A DNA stretch of 15,829 nucleotides from Promethearchaeota archaeon (GCA_048941265.1 JBHLNT010000094.1:1-15829), one strand, 5' to 3'. Shown: positions 1-8,808, counted from the stretch's first letter. Notes: generated by a model not told the origin, from the sequence alone. Numbers and translations: made by a program.

Positions 1-2
1 GC

Positions 3-749
3 TTTAATTTTAGTGATGAAAAGTTCAAAAAATATATGCTACCTTTGAAAAGAAGTAATATTTTAAATTATATTATTATTGCTATGCAGCGAGCAAATAT
101 AAACAAAATTAATATCGTAATTGGTGAAAATACAGAGAAGGATCTCATTTTAAGTTCATTTAATGATTTTGTTAAAAAAACCGAATTACTTACAACAAAA
201 TTATCCTTCATTGAGAATTGTAATCCTGAAAGAGAAAACGGCTACAGTCTTTATCTAGGATCCCGAGACATAACTTCGGACTATTTTATATTATCAATGG
301 CAGATCACGTGTTTTCCGAGAATATCTATTCAATATTAAAGAAATACAGCAATTATGAGGATATTTTATTGGCCACAGATCCCATGAAAATCAAAGGAAT
401 ATATGATTTAAAGGATTGTACAAAAGTTTTTGGACAAAATAACAACATAGTAAAATTAGGGAAAAAAATTCCGGATTATAATCGTCTAGATATGGGGGTA
501 TTTATGATGAAAACAAAAGTAATCAAAGAATTATCGGCTAGAATTGAGCGAGAGAATCAGAATTTTGGAGTATCTGATGTTGTTCTTTTAGCAATAAGAT
601 TACAATATAATGTTGCTTATCATGATTTTCCAAATACTATTTGGTTAGATATTGATAATGATTTAGAATATGAAAAATTAACTAATTTAATTTATAAATC
701 TCCCAAATTTCGACCATTTGACTTAAATATGGAAAATATTATAGACTAA
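3..749 (+). CDS. 5'-partial NTP transferase (cytidylyltransferase), most like inositol-1-phosphate cytidylyltransferase (IPCT)/LicC-type enzymes
   Basis: The frame of the 36..749 ORF is open back to the window edge (FNFSDEKFKKY-MLPL). KKYMLPL matches the PK(x)L(L)P motif that follows the GxGxR loop, so the real start lies upstream. NPERENGYSL, FILSMADHVF, DCTKV, LGKKIPDYNRLDMGVF and WLDID resemble, from memory, archaeal IPCT motifs (PEKGNGYSL, FILTMGDHVY, EATK, IGKDL..FDCVDTGFF, WMDVD). Confidence 0.8.
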   Translation, partial: FNFSDEKFKKYMLPLKRSNILNYIIIAMQRANINKINIVIGENTEKDLILSSFNDFVKKTELLTTKLSFIENCNPERENGYSLYLGSRDITSDYFILSMADHVFSENIYSILKKYSNYEDILLATDPMKIKGIYDLKDCTKVFGQNNNIVKLGKKIPDYNRLDMGVFMMKTKVIKELSARIERENQNFGVSDVVLLAIRLQYNVAYHDFPNTIWLDIDNDLEYEKLTNLIYKSPKFRPFDLNMENIID

Positions 750-755
750 TACCTA

Positions 756-1949
756 CTATCTGTATAGATTTAAAATTTTTAAAAGTCTTTCTGTAGCTCG
801 ACCGTCAACGAATTTATTAAATCTATCTCTCGTTAATTTTCTTTTTTCTGAGAACTTAGAATTCCATAGTTCAATATTTTTTAACATCTTTATTAAATCT
901 CTTCCACTCGTCACATAAGGACCTGGAACAAAAGTTTCGTAATCAAAATAGAAATCACGTACTTGTCTATATTTATCTAAGTCATCAGCAAAAAAGATAA
1001 TGGGGCGCGACGTGAGAAGAAAATCATAAAATACACTCGAAAAATCTGTGATTAGAACATCGGATATTATTAATAAATCATTTATATCAACAGAAGGATC
1101 AATTGTTCTAATATTTTTATACTCACTCAAATTAATTTTTTCCATAAAAGGATGTGGTTTATATAGAAAGATTTTTTTTTCAATTTCTAAGAATTTCTGA
1201 AGCTCTAATAGGAAATCAGGAGTTAGAGGTATTTTATATTCGTAATCTCTAAAAGTTGGAGCATATAAAATGATTTGATGAAAATTTAAGAGTTTAAATC
1301 TTTTTTTAAGATCAAATATTAATTCTTGAGTAAAATTTATGAGAATATCATTTCTCGGATACCCAGTTATTATTATTTTCTCCGGATCCATTCGATAGTT
1401 TGAAATTTTCGTTTTTTTTGTCTCATCTGAAGAATCAATCATAAAACTTATTCTTTTAGCCAAAATATCATTAAGTCTCCTTTCAAAAAATGGGTATACA
1501 GATTTTTTTAAATCATAACCACCTCTTTTGAACGAAATTCCATGAGCTAAATAAATCAGCTGTGTTTTTGAAGAAAAGTCGATCAATAAAATATCTCCAA
1601 ATCCATGGGAAAAAAAAATAAAATGAGCAGCTTTTAATAGCTTAATTACCTTTATGAGATTATCATTTAATATAACGTGATACCCTCTCATTTTTATCTT
1701 ATGATAGATTTCTTTAGAATCTGTTATCCAAACGCAGTAATATTCCGTATTTTTTGCAAGATATTCAAATACGGTTCTACAATTGCCAGAAAAAGCTTTA
1801 CCATTTGTACTTCCAAATATTAATAAATTGTCATTAATATTAATACTAATTAATTTCGAAAGTAAAAAGGCTATTATATGTGTGACATTCATACCTATTT
1901 TAGCTGATATAAATTTTAAAACGGAGTTTAAATTTTTAGAAATCCCCAT
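756..1949 (-). CDS. CDP-glycerol glycerophosphotransferase family protein (TagF/TagB/EpsJ-like)
   Basis: Family motifs in the expected order: FSGN, LAHGISFK (cf. WHGTPLK), TGYPRND, LYAPTFR, KPHP, LITDFSSVFYDF, RPIIFFADD, DGRATER. The ORF track starts at GTG 1955; ATG 1949, preceded by GAGTGG, is the more likely start. Confidence 0.92.
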   Translation of the reverse strand: MGISKNLNSVLKFISAKIGMNVTHIIAFLLSKLISININDNLLIFGSTNGKAFSGNCRTVFEYLAKNTEYYCVWITDSKEIYHKIKMRGYHVILNDNLIKVIKLLKAAHFIFFSHGFGDILLIDFSSKTQLIYLAHGISFKRGGYDLKKSVYPFFERRLNDILAKRISFMIDSSDETKKTKISNYRMDPEKIIITGYPRNDILINFTQELIFDLKKRFKLLNFHQIILYAPTFRDYEYKIPLTPDFLLELQKFLEIEKKIFLYKPHPFMEKINLSEYKNIRTIDPSVDINDLLIISDVLITDFSSVFYDFLLTSRPIIFFADDLDKYRQVRDFYFDYETFVPGPYVTSGRDLIKMLKNIELWNSKFSEKRKLTRDRFNKFVDGRATERLLKILNLYR

Positions 1950-2040
1950 AACCACTCTATTAATTTATATTTATACTATTTATTTGATTCATTAAATAAA
2001 CTTATAATTATTTATAAAAATTTGATATTTACAATAAAAA

Positions 2041-3324
2041 TCATCGATTTTTATGTTTATTATTAATCTGCTTTATCGTATTATTGAATAATTCTTGATA
2101 GATTAGCGCGATCTTATCCCAATTAAATACTTTTATTACACGCTCATAGCCATAGTTTCCCATTTCTGTACGAATTTTTTCGTTATTATATAAAAACAAT
2201 ATTTTTTCTTTTAAATGCAATACATCTCTCGGTTTAATAAGGAATCCTGTTTTTCCATCTAATATCGCTATTCTTACCCCTCCAGTACGAGATCCTATTA
2301 CCGGTAATTTAAAATAATTTGCTTCTATATATACTATTCCAAATCCCTCAATGGAATGCTTATTTAATTGAGGAACCAAGATAAAGAGATCTGATAATTT
2401 GTAGTATTGATTTTTTAAATAGTCATTCACATTCCCTAAAAATCTCACATAATGTTCAAGTTTTAATTTAGATATTAAGGATTCTATATTTTTTTGTTCT
2501 TCTCCTCCTCCAATAATAAGATATTTAATTGGGATACTTGGATCTTCATCAATAATTAGCTTAATTGCTTTTAAAACCGTGTCAAAACCTTTTCTGGGAT
2601 AAAGTCTACTAACAGTTAGAATAATAAAGTCATTTGGTGAAATATTAAATTTGGTTCTTAATTCCAAAACTGGTTCATCAACTATACTATTTTTGATGTC
2701 TACACCTAAGTGGATAACGAAAATTTTATTTGAATTAATATTATAGATCTTTAAAAATAAATTTTTCATTATTTTATTAGTAACAACAATTTTTTCGATA
2801 TTTTGAAAAATGTAAGTCTTAATTTTAAAAGGATATCTAAAAAGAAAGTCGTCACCGTGAGCAATAGACACTATTGGAATGTTGAACCATTTTGACAAGA
2901 TAAAACTATATAATAAAGGGATACCTGATGTTCCACTTAGAATTATATCTATTTTAAATCTATTAAAATATGAGACTAAATTTTTTATTGATATAATTCG
3001 TCTAACAATAAATTTTAAATAAAAACAATAAAAAAAGGCTAATTTTAATTTATCCTTAAGTTTAATCTCTTTAAATGAGAAAATGATTTTAAAAAATAGA
3101 TAAATTAAGAAGTAGAGAAACTTAAAATTGTGAATAATAATACCGCTTAAAGAATTATCATTACTTAAAATTTTGAAGTATAATTTATCCTCATTATGGC
3201 ATGTTTTGTTAAAAATGAATATTTTTTCTCCCTGCTCAGTTAATTTTTTACTCAAATTGATCATAACATTGGTAATACCTCCTCTAATAGGCAAAAAATC
3301 GTTCGTGATCAGAGCAATATTCAT
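2041..3324 (-). CDS. GT4 family glycosyltransferase (PimB/phosphatidylinositol mannosyltransferase-like)
   Basis: MNIALITNDFLPIRGGI N-terminus, AHG, TVSRLYPRKG, EGFGIVYIEA (ExF-x5-E), PVIGSRTGG, DGKTGFLI, FNWDKIA. ATG 3324 preferred over GTG 3333. Confidence 0.92.
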   Translation of the reverse strand: MNIALITNDFLPIRGGITNVMINLSKKLTEQGEKIFIFNKTCHNEDKLYFKILSNDNSLSGIIIHNFKFLYFLIYLFFKIIFSFKEIKLKDKLKLAFFYCFYLKFIVRRIISIKNLVSYFNRFKIDIILSGTSGIPLLYSFILSKWFNIPIVSIAHGDDFLFRYPFKIKTYIFQNIEKIVVTNKIMKNLFLKIYNINSNKIFVIHLGVDIKNSIVDEPVLELRTKFNISPNDFIILTVSRLYPRKGFDTVLKAIKLIIDEDPSIPIKYLIIGGGEEQKNIESLISKLKLEHYVRFLGNVNDYLKNQYYKLSDLFILVPQLNKHSIEGFGIVYIEANYFKLPVIGSRTGGVRIAILDGKTGFLIKPRDVLHLKEKILFLYNNEKIRTEMGNYGYERVIKVFNWDKIALIYQELFNNTIKQINNKHKNR

Positions 3325-3409
3325 TTTAAACACTTCAGTTTATAATATTTAATAAAAATATATCAGTTAATTTATAGATTAATTATTAAAACAAGTATTA
3401 TTAACTAGT

Positions 3410-3432
3410 AAAAAGTCTTAAATTTAGACTTT
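3410..3432 (-). terminator. possible terminator: hairpin plus T-tract downstream of the epimerase gene
   Basis: The minus strand reads AAAGTCT-AAATTTA-AGACTTT-TT, a 7-bp stem starting about 21 nt after the epimerase stop codon. The stem is weak and AT-rich. Confidence 0.3.
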
Positions 3433-3453
3433 ATTAATTTAAGCTTAGAACCT

Positions 3454-4419
3454 TTACTTCTTCATGATATTTTTTTGCCAATCAAAAGTCTTTCTTAAAC
3501 CTTCATTAATATCAATTTTAGGATAATAGCTCAACATATTTTGTGCTTTTGTTATATTTGAATATGTTATATCTACATCCCCTTTTTGTTTTTCTATATA
3601 TTTTAGCTTTTTAGGCCTATTTGCGATAACATACATTTTATCGACTAATTGATTCACTTCGATAGGGTTTGAATAACCCAAATTAAAAACATTACCTATT
3701 GATTCTTTTTTTTCGCTGGCTAAAATTAAACCATCAACGATATCTGAAACAAAAGTAAAATCTCTTAGTTGCTCACCATTACCGTAAATTGTAATTTCTT
3801 TATCTCGAAGTATTAGATCAAAGAATCTCCTAATAGCCATATCCGGCCTACCTCTTGGACCATAGACAGTATAAAATCTTAATGAGCTTACAGGTAATCC
3901 ATACTCCCTAAAATAAAGATCTGCATATATTTCACTACATAGTTTTGATACTGCATAAGGGGATATGGGATTCTTAGGATGATCTTCATCAACAGGAGTA
4001 TATAAAGGATTACCATATACAGATGATGATGATGCATATATCACACTTTGTATATCATTCTGAATTGAATAATCAAAAATATTTACCGTACTCCCAATAT
4101 TGTTCTGTGCGACTTCTGTGGCATTTTCAATTGAATATCTCACACCTGCCAAAGCAGCAAGGTGAAATATGATATCGATATCAACATTGATTTTAGTGTA
4201 GATTGCTTTATTTAAAAGATCGCCCTTAATTAAAGAATAATTTATAGAATCTTCATAATTTTTTGTAATCTCATTGAATTGTTCTTCTTTTCCTTTATAA
4301 TAATCGTTAAAATTATCAATAACTATAATATAATTATTGTGTTTTATTAATGCTTCAAAAAGATGTCCCCCGATAAAACCCGCGCCACCAGTAATTAATA
4401 TATTTTTATTTTTAATCAT
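3454..4419 (-). CDS. NAD-dependent epimerase/dehydratase (extended SDR), UDP-glucuronate 4-epimerase-like
   Basis: TGGAGFIG Rossmann motif, HLAALAGVRYS, ASSSSVYG, catalytic YAVSK, and LRFYTVYGPRGRPDMA typical of the UDP-GlcA 4-epimerase/CapI group, then RDFTFVSDIV. ATG 4419 preferred over TTG 4425. Confidence 0.92.
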   Translation of the reverse strand: MIKNKNILITGGAGFIGGHLFEALIKHNNYIIVIDNFNDYYKGKEEQFNEITKNYEDSINYSLIKGDLLNKAIYTKINVDIDIIFHLAALAGVRYSIENATEVAQNNIGSTVNIFDYSIQNDIQSVIYASSSSVYGNPLYTPVDEDHPKNPISPYAVSKLCSEIYADLYFREYGLPVSSLRFYTVYGPRGRPDMAIRRFFDLILRDKEITIYGNGEQLRDFTFVSDIVDGLILASEKKESIGNVFNLGYSNPIEVNQLVDKMYVIANRPKKLKYIEKQKGDVDITYSNITKAQNMLSYYPKIDINEGLRKTFDWQKNIMKK

Positions 4420-4456
4420 ATACAAAAGTTTTTTTTACTGTTCTAATAAATTTTAA

Positions 4457-6454
4457 TCACTTAATTCGAAAAAGTATGTAATCATCGTTTTCCAAGACAT
4501 TTTTTAAATTATTATTGTCGCATAATGACTCTTCAACTGTATTATTGTTGAAATACCCTTTAGAGAATATCAGATAATCAATTTTTCTTTCCTTAATTTC
4601 CAAAATAAGATCTTGATATGAGGAACTCTCATTTACCTCATACGTTTTAATTTTCATATCATAAAGTACTCGGAATATGACAGCAGAATCGAAATCTTCA
4701 CGAAGAATTGTAGAACCTGATTCAGCATGAGTTCTCAAATAAAGTACAACTTCAACCAAATCGTCATCATAATAATAATAATAATCAGGATATCTGTGCA
4801 TTACGAAGGACGAGCTTATTGATACCATCAGTATGGAGATTATTATCGATTCTATTTTAAAATATTTACCATAAAACTTTTTGGCATTAGCAATTTTCCT
4901 ATAAAAACTGAACTTTAATGTTAAAAAATTGGTTAATTTCATAGCTAATTTAACAATCCATTCAATAGAATACAATGTCATTATGATTATCGGCAAACTG
5001 AAACTTTGTAATATTCTTTTCCTAAATTTTATGAATAAATTTAAACTTAGAAAAAAATAAGGTAAAAAGAAAAAAATTATTGTCACTACAATAAATAATT
5101 TGAAAAATACCAAATTTTCTTGTTGTTCTTTATTTTTTCTTGCCGTTTTAATATTTATAATTAAACCTATAAGTGGCAGAATAAAGAATAAATAAATGGA
5201 TCTCTCAAATAATTCATCAAACAGTTCTAATAATCTAATTTCAATAAATGGTGTAAAAAAATCTAATGGATAAATTAATTTAATTGAGTCTGGATATAAA
5301 TTATATGAACGATATGAGATATAGGCATAATCGGCCTCTTCAAATCTAAAGAAAAAATGGGATATTAAATCAAAAATTGTATTTTGATAAATAACATAAA
5401 TACCAACGATGTAAGGGATTAATAAAATAAGGATTATAACAATTGATATTAAAATGAATCGAATTTGTTTCATAAGAATTTCATGATTTTTTAAGTTCAA
5501 AATAACCCTATACAAATAAAAACATAAAAGTACAAAAAGATAATAAAAAGTTGTTAAATTATGGATAAAGTACATCCCTGCTATAAAAAATCCCATTATA
5601 TAATCTGGATACTTATTAATAATTATAATTAGCGATATAATTAGTAATCCAGAAGCCAATGCTGATGATAAATAAAGAAGGGTCCGTGATAAAAAGTATC
5701 TAGAGGTTAAAATTAATAAACCTGACAATAGAATTAAATACTTCTCATTAAACAATTTTCTAATGATTGAGAATGCTATTATCACATAAAATGAAATAAA
5801 GTATAATGGAATAAATTTAAAGTAATAATATCCAAAAAGGTAATCAGGATAAATTAGGAGAACTCCCGCGTTGAAATAAGTAAATCCAGATGGATAGTTA
5901 TAATCTAATTGATTATAATTAATATGTCCATTATCTAGTAAATAAAAGGTATCAGCGTACCATTTGTATGGGTCTGTGTAAATTAAAGAAGTTGATTCAA
6001 TAATAATAAACCATTGGATGATAGAAATTATTAAAATTGTTAATATAATTACGCCTAAGAGAAATATATTATCTTTTTTTGAGACATACGCTTTTAAGAA
6101 ATCAGAAAAAAAATCTTTATTCCATTTTTTTTTAAATACTTCCTTATTCTTAATATAATAATATATAATGAATAATAAGTCGAATATGATTAATGGCAGA
6201 TAAGCAGTATAAAAATTGAATAGTGCAAATAAATCTAAAAAATAACTCAAACTAATATATAAAGAAATTCCAATTCCAAATGATAAAAAAAGTTCCTCTA
6301 AAATTGATTTAAAAGGCATATTTTCTTTATTTTGGCTTAATTTTTTAATTAGAAACAAAATAAAATAACCAAATATTGAAAGCATGAAAAAGAATAGAAT
6401 AAAAACCAAACCAACCAATGGAAAATAAAGTGCATAATTACTACTAATATCCAT
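4457..6454 (-). CDS. 665-aa polytopic membrane protein, candidate GT-C-fold (polyprenyl-phosphate-sugar-dependent) glycosyltransferase
   Basis: A long intact ORF with a dozen or more hydrophobic segments by eye. It has a loop YTDPYKW...YPSGF after the early helices, an FIHNLT His motif, and a soluble C-terminal domain ending IDYLIFS...VLENDDYILFRIK. The CDS is secure; the function is inferred. Confidence 0.6.
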   Translation of the reverse strand: MDISSNYALYFPLVGLVFILFFFMLSIFGYFILFLIKKLSQNKENMPFKSILEELFLSFGIGISLYISLSYFLDLFALFNFYTAYLPLIIFDLLFIIYYYIKNKEVFKKKWNKDFFSDFLKAYVSKKDNIFLLGVIILTILIISIIQWFIIIESTSLIYTDPYKWYADTFYLLDNGHINYNQLDYNYPSGFTYFNAGVLLIYPDYLFGYYYFKFIPLYFISFYVIIAFSIIRKLFNEKYLILLSGLLILTSRYFLSRTLLYLSSALASGLLIISLIIIINKYPDYIMGFFIAGMYFIHNLTTFYYLFVLLCFYLYRVILNLKNHEILMKQIRFILISIVIILILLIPYIVGIYVIYQNTIFDLISHFFFRFEEADYAYISYRSYNLYPDSIKLIYPLDFFTPFIEIRLLELFDELFERSIYLFFILPLIGLIINIKTARKNKEQQENLVFFKLFIVVTIIFFFLPYFFLSLNLFIKFRKRILQSFSLPIIIMTLYSIEWIVKLAMKLTNFLTLKFSFYRKIANAKKFYGKYFKIESIIISILMVSISSSFVMHRYPDYYYYYDDDLVEVVLYLRTHAESGSTILREDFDSAVIFRVLYDMKIKTYEVNESSSYQDLILEIKERKIDYLIFSKGYFNNNTVEESLCDNNNLKNVLENDDYILFRIK

Positions 6455-6587
6455 TATTTTTTGATTATTCTATTTATCAGTTTAATTGAAATAATGTTAT
6501 TTAATGATTAAATATTTTTAATTTTATAAAGATCATTGAATATATTAAATAATTTGACTACAGATTTAAGTTAAATTATAATTAACT

Positions 6588-7760
6588 ATGAATATTTTAA
6601 TTATTTCTCAGGTTTTCCCTCCAAAAAGAGGAGGAGTTCAAACTGCTGCTTATAATACTGCTAAATTTCTAAGTAAATTTGGTCATAATGTTGTGGTTGT
6701 CACGAGTAAATGGGCTGATGAGAGGCGGAAAGTACATGAAATGGATGGTTTTTTGGTATATCGATTTAAATCTTATAATCCTCCCGAAATCAAGGGCATA
6801 ACCCAAATTTCGAGCCTGAGGTTTAATCCTTTTATGTTAATTAAATTGCCAAGAATAATAAAGAAGCATAATATACAGTTGATTCATGCTCAGGGAAGAT
6901 TATTTCCAATTTCTTGGCTAACTGCAATAGCGAATAAACTTATTTTCAAACGACCAATGTTAATCAATGTTCAAGGCAGACTAGAAGTGGGAGTTTCAGG
7001 ACTAATTGAAAATATTTTTGATAAAACAATAACGAAACAAGTTTATCAAAGAGCCTTGAAGAAAATCATATGTGTAAGTGAATCTCTTAAGGTAAGATTA
7101 TTAAATTTAGGAGTTAAAGAAGAAAAATTGGCTGTAGTCTCAAATGGCGTAGATATTTCTGAATTTAAAAAGATTGCTAACGCAAAATTTTTTGATAAAT
7201 TTCTTGATGGAAAAAAAGACTATAAAAAGGTCGTTTTTGTAGGTAGATTAGATGCTCAAAAAGGCGTAGAATACCTTATTAGAGCTATACCTAATGTAAT
7301 AAAAGATTTTAGTAAAGTGCATTTTTTTATCCTTGGTAATGGAAATCTAGAATTAAAATTAAAAAATCTTGCTAAAGAATTAAATATATTAGAAAATATC
7401 ACATTTTTAGATATGATTCCCTTGGAAAAAATGGCAGAATTCTACTCTTCCGCTGATGTTTTTTGCTTACCGTCGATTCATGAGGGCTTTCCTTTAAGTA
7501 TTGCTGAAGCTTTATCTATTGGATTAATTATAGTAGCTTCTGCTACTGAGGGGATACCAGAAGCGATCATTGAAAATAAAAACGGATTTTTAGCAACTCC
7601 GAGGAATGTTAGAGAATTAACTGCAAAACTAATCAAAGCATTAACTTTAAATGCTGATGAGATTAGAGTTATAGAGAATAATAATATTAATTTAGCCAAA
7701 AAGAATTATTCATGGCAAAAAATTATACGGGAAATCGTCAGATTATATAAACAGAACTGA
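6588..7760 (+). CDS. GT4 family glycosyltransferase
   Basis: MNILIISQVFPPKRGGV, IHAQ, CVSES, SNGVD, FVGRLDAQKG, ADVFCLPSIHEGFPLSIAEA, YSWQKI. Confidence 0.95.
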   Translation: MNILIISQVFPPKRGGVQTAAYNTAKFLSKFGHNVVVVTSKWADERRKVHEMDGFLVYRFKSYNPPEIKGITQISSLRFNPFMLIKLPRIIKKHNIQLIHAQGRLFPISWLTAIANKLIFKRPMLINVQGRLEVGVSGLIENIFDKTITKQVYQRALKKIICVSESLKVRLLNLGVKEEKLAVVSNGVDISEFKKIANAKFFDKFLDGKKDYKKVVFVGRLDAQKGVEYLIRAIPNVIKDFSKVHFFILGNGNLELKLKNLAKELNILENITFLDMIPLEKMAEFYSSADVFCLPSIHEGFPLSIAEALSIGLIIVASATEGIPEAIIENKNGFLATPRNVRELTAKLIKALTLNADEIRVIENNNINLAKKNYSWQKIIREIVRLYKQN

Positions 7761-7793
7761 AATAGAGATGGATATATATAATTTTGATTATTT

Positions 7794-7810
7794 GAATAAA
7801 TTTATATAAA
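7794..7810 (+). promoter_or_regulatory. possible archaeal BRE/TATA element upstream of the GT2 gene
   Basis: GAATAAA followed by TTTATATAAA, about 70 nt upstream of ATG 7882. The AT-rich background makes chance matches likely. Confidence 0.28.
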
Positions 7811-7881
7811 ATTATAACATTAATCTTATTAAAAATATTAAAAAATTCTAATAATTAGAATCTGTATCTTTCTCTATAAAA

Positions 7882-8709
7882 ATGTCTGTATCCCCAAAAA
7901 ATGTTGATTATAGTAATAAAAAAGAAGGGGAGTTCAATACAGAAAATACTTATCTTTACCCTGGTTTGAAAATTGGCATAGTAATGCCAGCATTTAATGA
8001 ACAAATGAATATTGGTAGAACTCTTTCTTTAATTCCTAATAATATCTCTAATAAACTAGATGTAATTGTTATTGATGATGGTTCTACCGATAATACAGTT
8101 AAAATTGCTAGCATGCATAAAGCAATAATAATTCGTCATAAAATCAATAAGGGAAATGGCGCTGCCATTCAAACTGGACTAGAATTTTGCAGGGAAAAAA
8201 AATATGATATTGTTATTATATTAGATGCAGATGGTCAACACGAACCTAAGTATATCAAGGATTTTATTAAACCTATCGTGAAGGATGATTTTGATTATGT
8301 TATTGGAAATAGATTTCATTATTACTATAATATGACCATAACTAAAAAAGTATGTTCAAGAATAATGAGTTTGATACTTTCGTTTATTCTTGGTCAAAGA
8401 ATATCAGATCCGACGATGGGTTATAGAGCATTATCGTCAAGCATAGTAAAATACATAGATTTTGAATCCAAATATTCTATAACATTGGAAATGCTATTTA
8501 AAATCGTCCCATTCTTTAAATCTTGTGAAATTCCTATCAAAATTAATCAAAGAGAGTATGGAGAATCATTTATTAAGCTCAAAAAATATTTTTATAAATC
8601 TTTTTTTTCATTTACTAAATTTTACTTGTTTCCACTAGTCCACAGATATTCTTATAAATACATAAGAAGGGAATTTCGCAGAAAAGTATTTAAAATGATT
8701 AAAACATAA
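7882..8709 (+). CDS. GT2 family glycosyltransferase, DPM1-like (polyprenol/dolichol-phosphate sugar synthase type)
   Basis: IVMPAFNE, VIDDGSTDNT, HKINKGNGAA, ILDADGQH (DxD), VIGNRF, ISDPTMGYRA, EIPI...REYGES. The C-terminus is basic/aromatic with no long transmembrane GtrA-type domain. Confidence 0.9.
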   Translation: MSVSPKNVDYSNKKEGEFNTENTYLYPGLKIGIVMPAFNEQMNIGRTLSLIPNNISNKLDVIVIDDGSTDNTVKIASMHKAIIIRHKINKGNGAAIQTGLEFCREKKYDIVIILDADGQHEPKYIKDFIKPIVKDDFDYVIGNRFHYYYNMTITKKVCSRIMSLILSFILGQRISDPTMGYRALSSSIVKYIDFESKYSITLEMLFKIVPFFKSCEIPIKINQREYGESFIKLKKYFYKSFFSFTKFYLFPLVHRYSYKYIRREFRRKVFKMIKT

Positions 8710-8791
8710 TTTAAAATTAATTAACAAAATTATAAAACAATTATTTGCTATTATTTTCTTTCACTTTTAATCCTTAAAAGAATTTAAATTT

Positions 8792-8808
8792 GCGAAGTAA
8801 TTTATAAT
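8792..8808 (+). promoter_or_regulatory. possible archaeal BRE/TATA promoter for the GT4 at 8843
   Basis: Purine-rich GCGAAGTAA directly before TTTATAAT (8801-8808), about 40 nt upstream of ATG 8843, which fits a short-leader archaeal transcript. Confidence 0.35.

Noticed and set aside
36-38. ATG 36 as the start of the first CDS
   Set aside because: The frame is open to the window edge and the N-terminal GxGxR nucleotide-binding loop is missing, so the true start lies outside the window.
1172-1618. Homopolymer runs (T9 at 1172-1180, A9 at 1610-1618) as phase-variation tracts in the TagF-like gene
   Set aside because: A/T runs of this length recur throughout this AT-rich window, the frames are intact, and there are no long G/C tracts.
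1783-1995. 70-aa plus-strand ORF from the track
   Set aside because: Antisense to the TagF-like gene, TTG start, no recognisable motif; a shadow ORF.
7478-7699. 73-aa minus-strand ORF
   Set aside because: Entirely antisense to the conserved C-terminal domain of a GT4.
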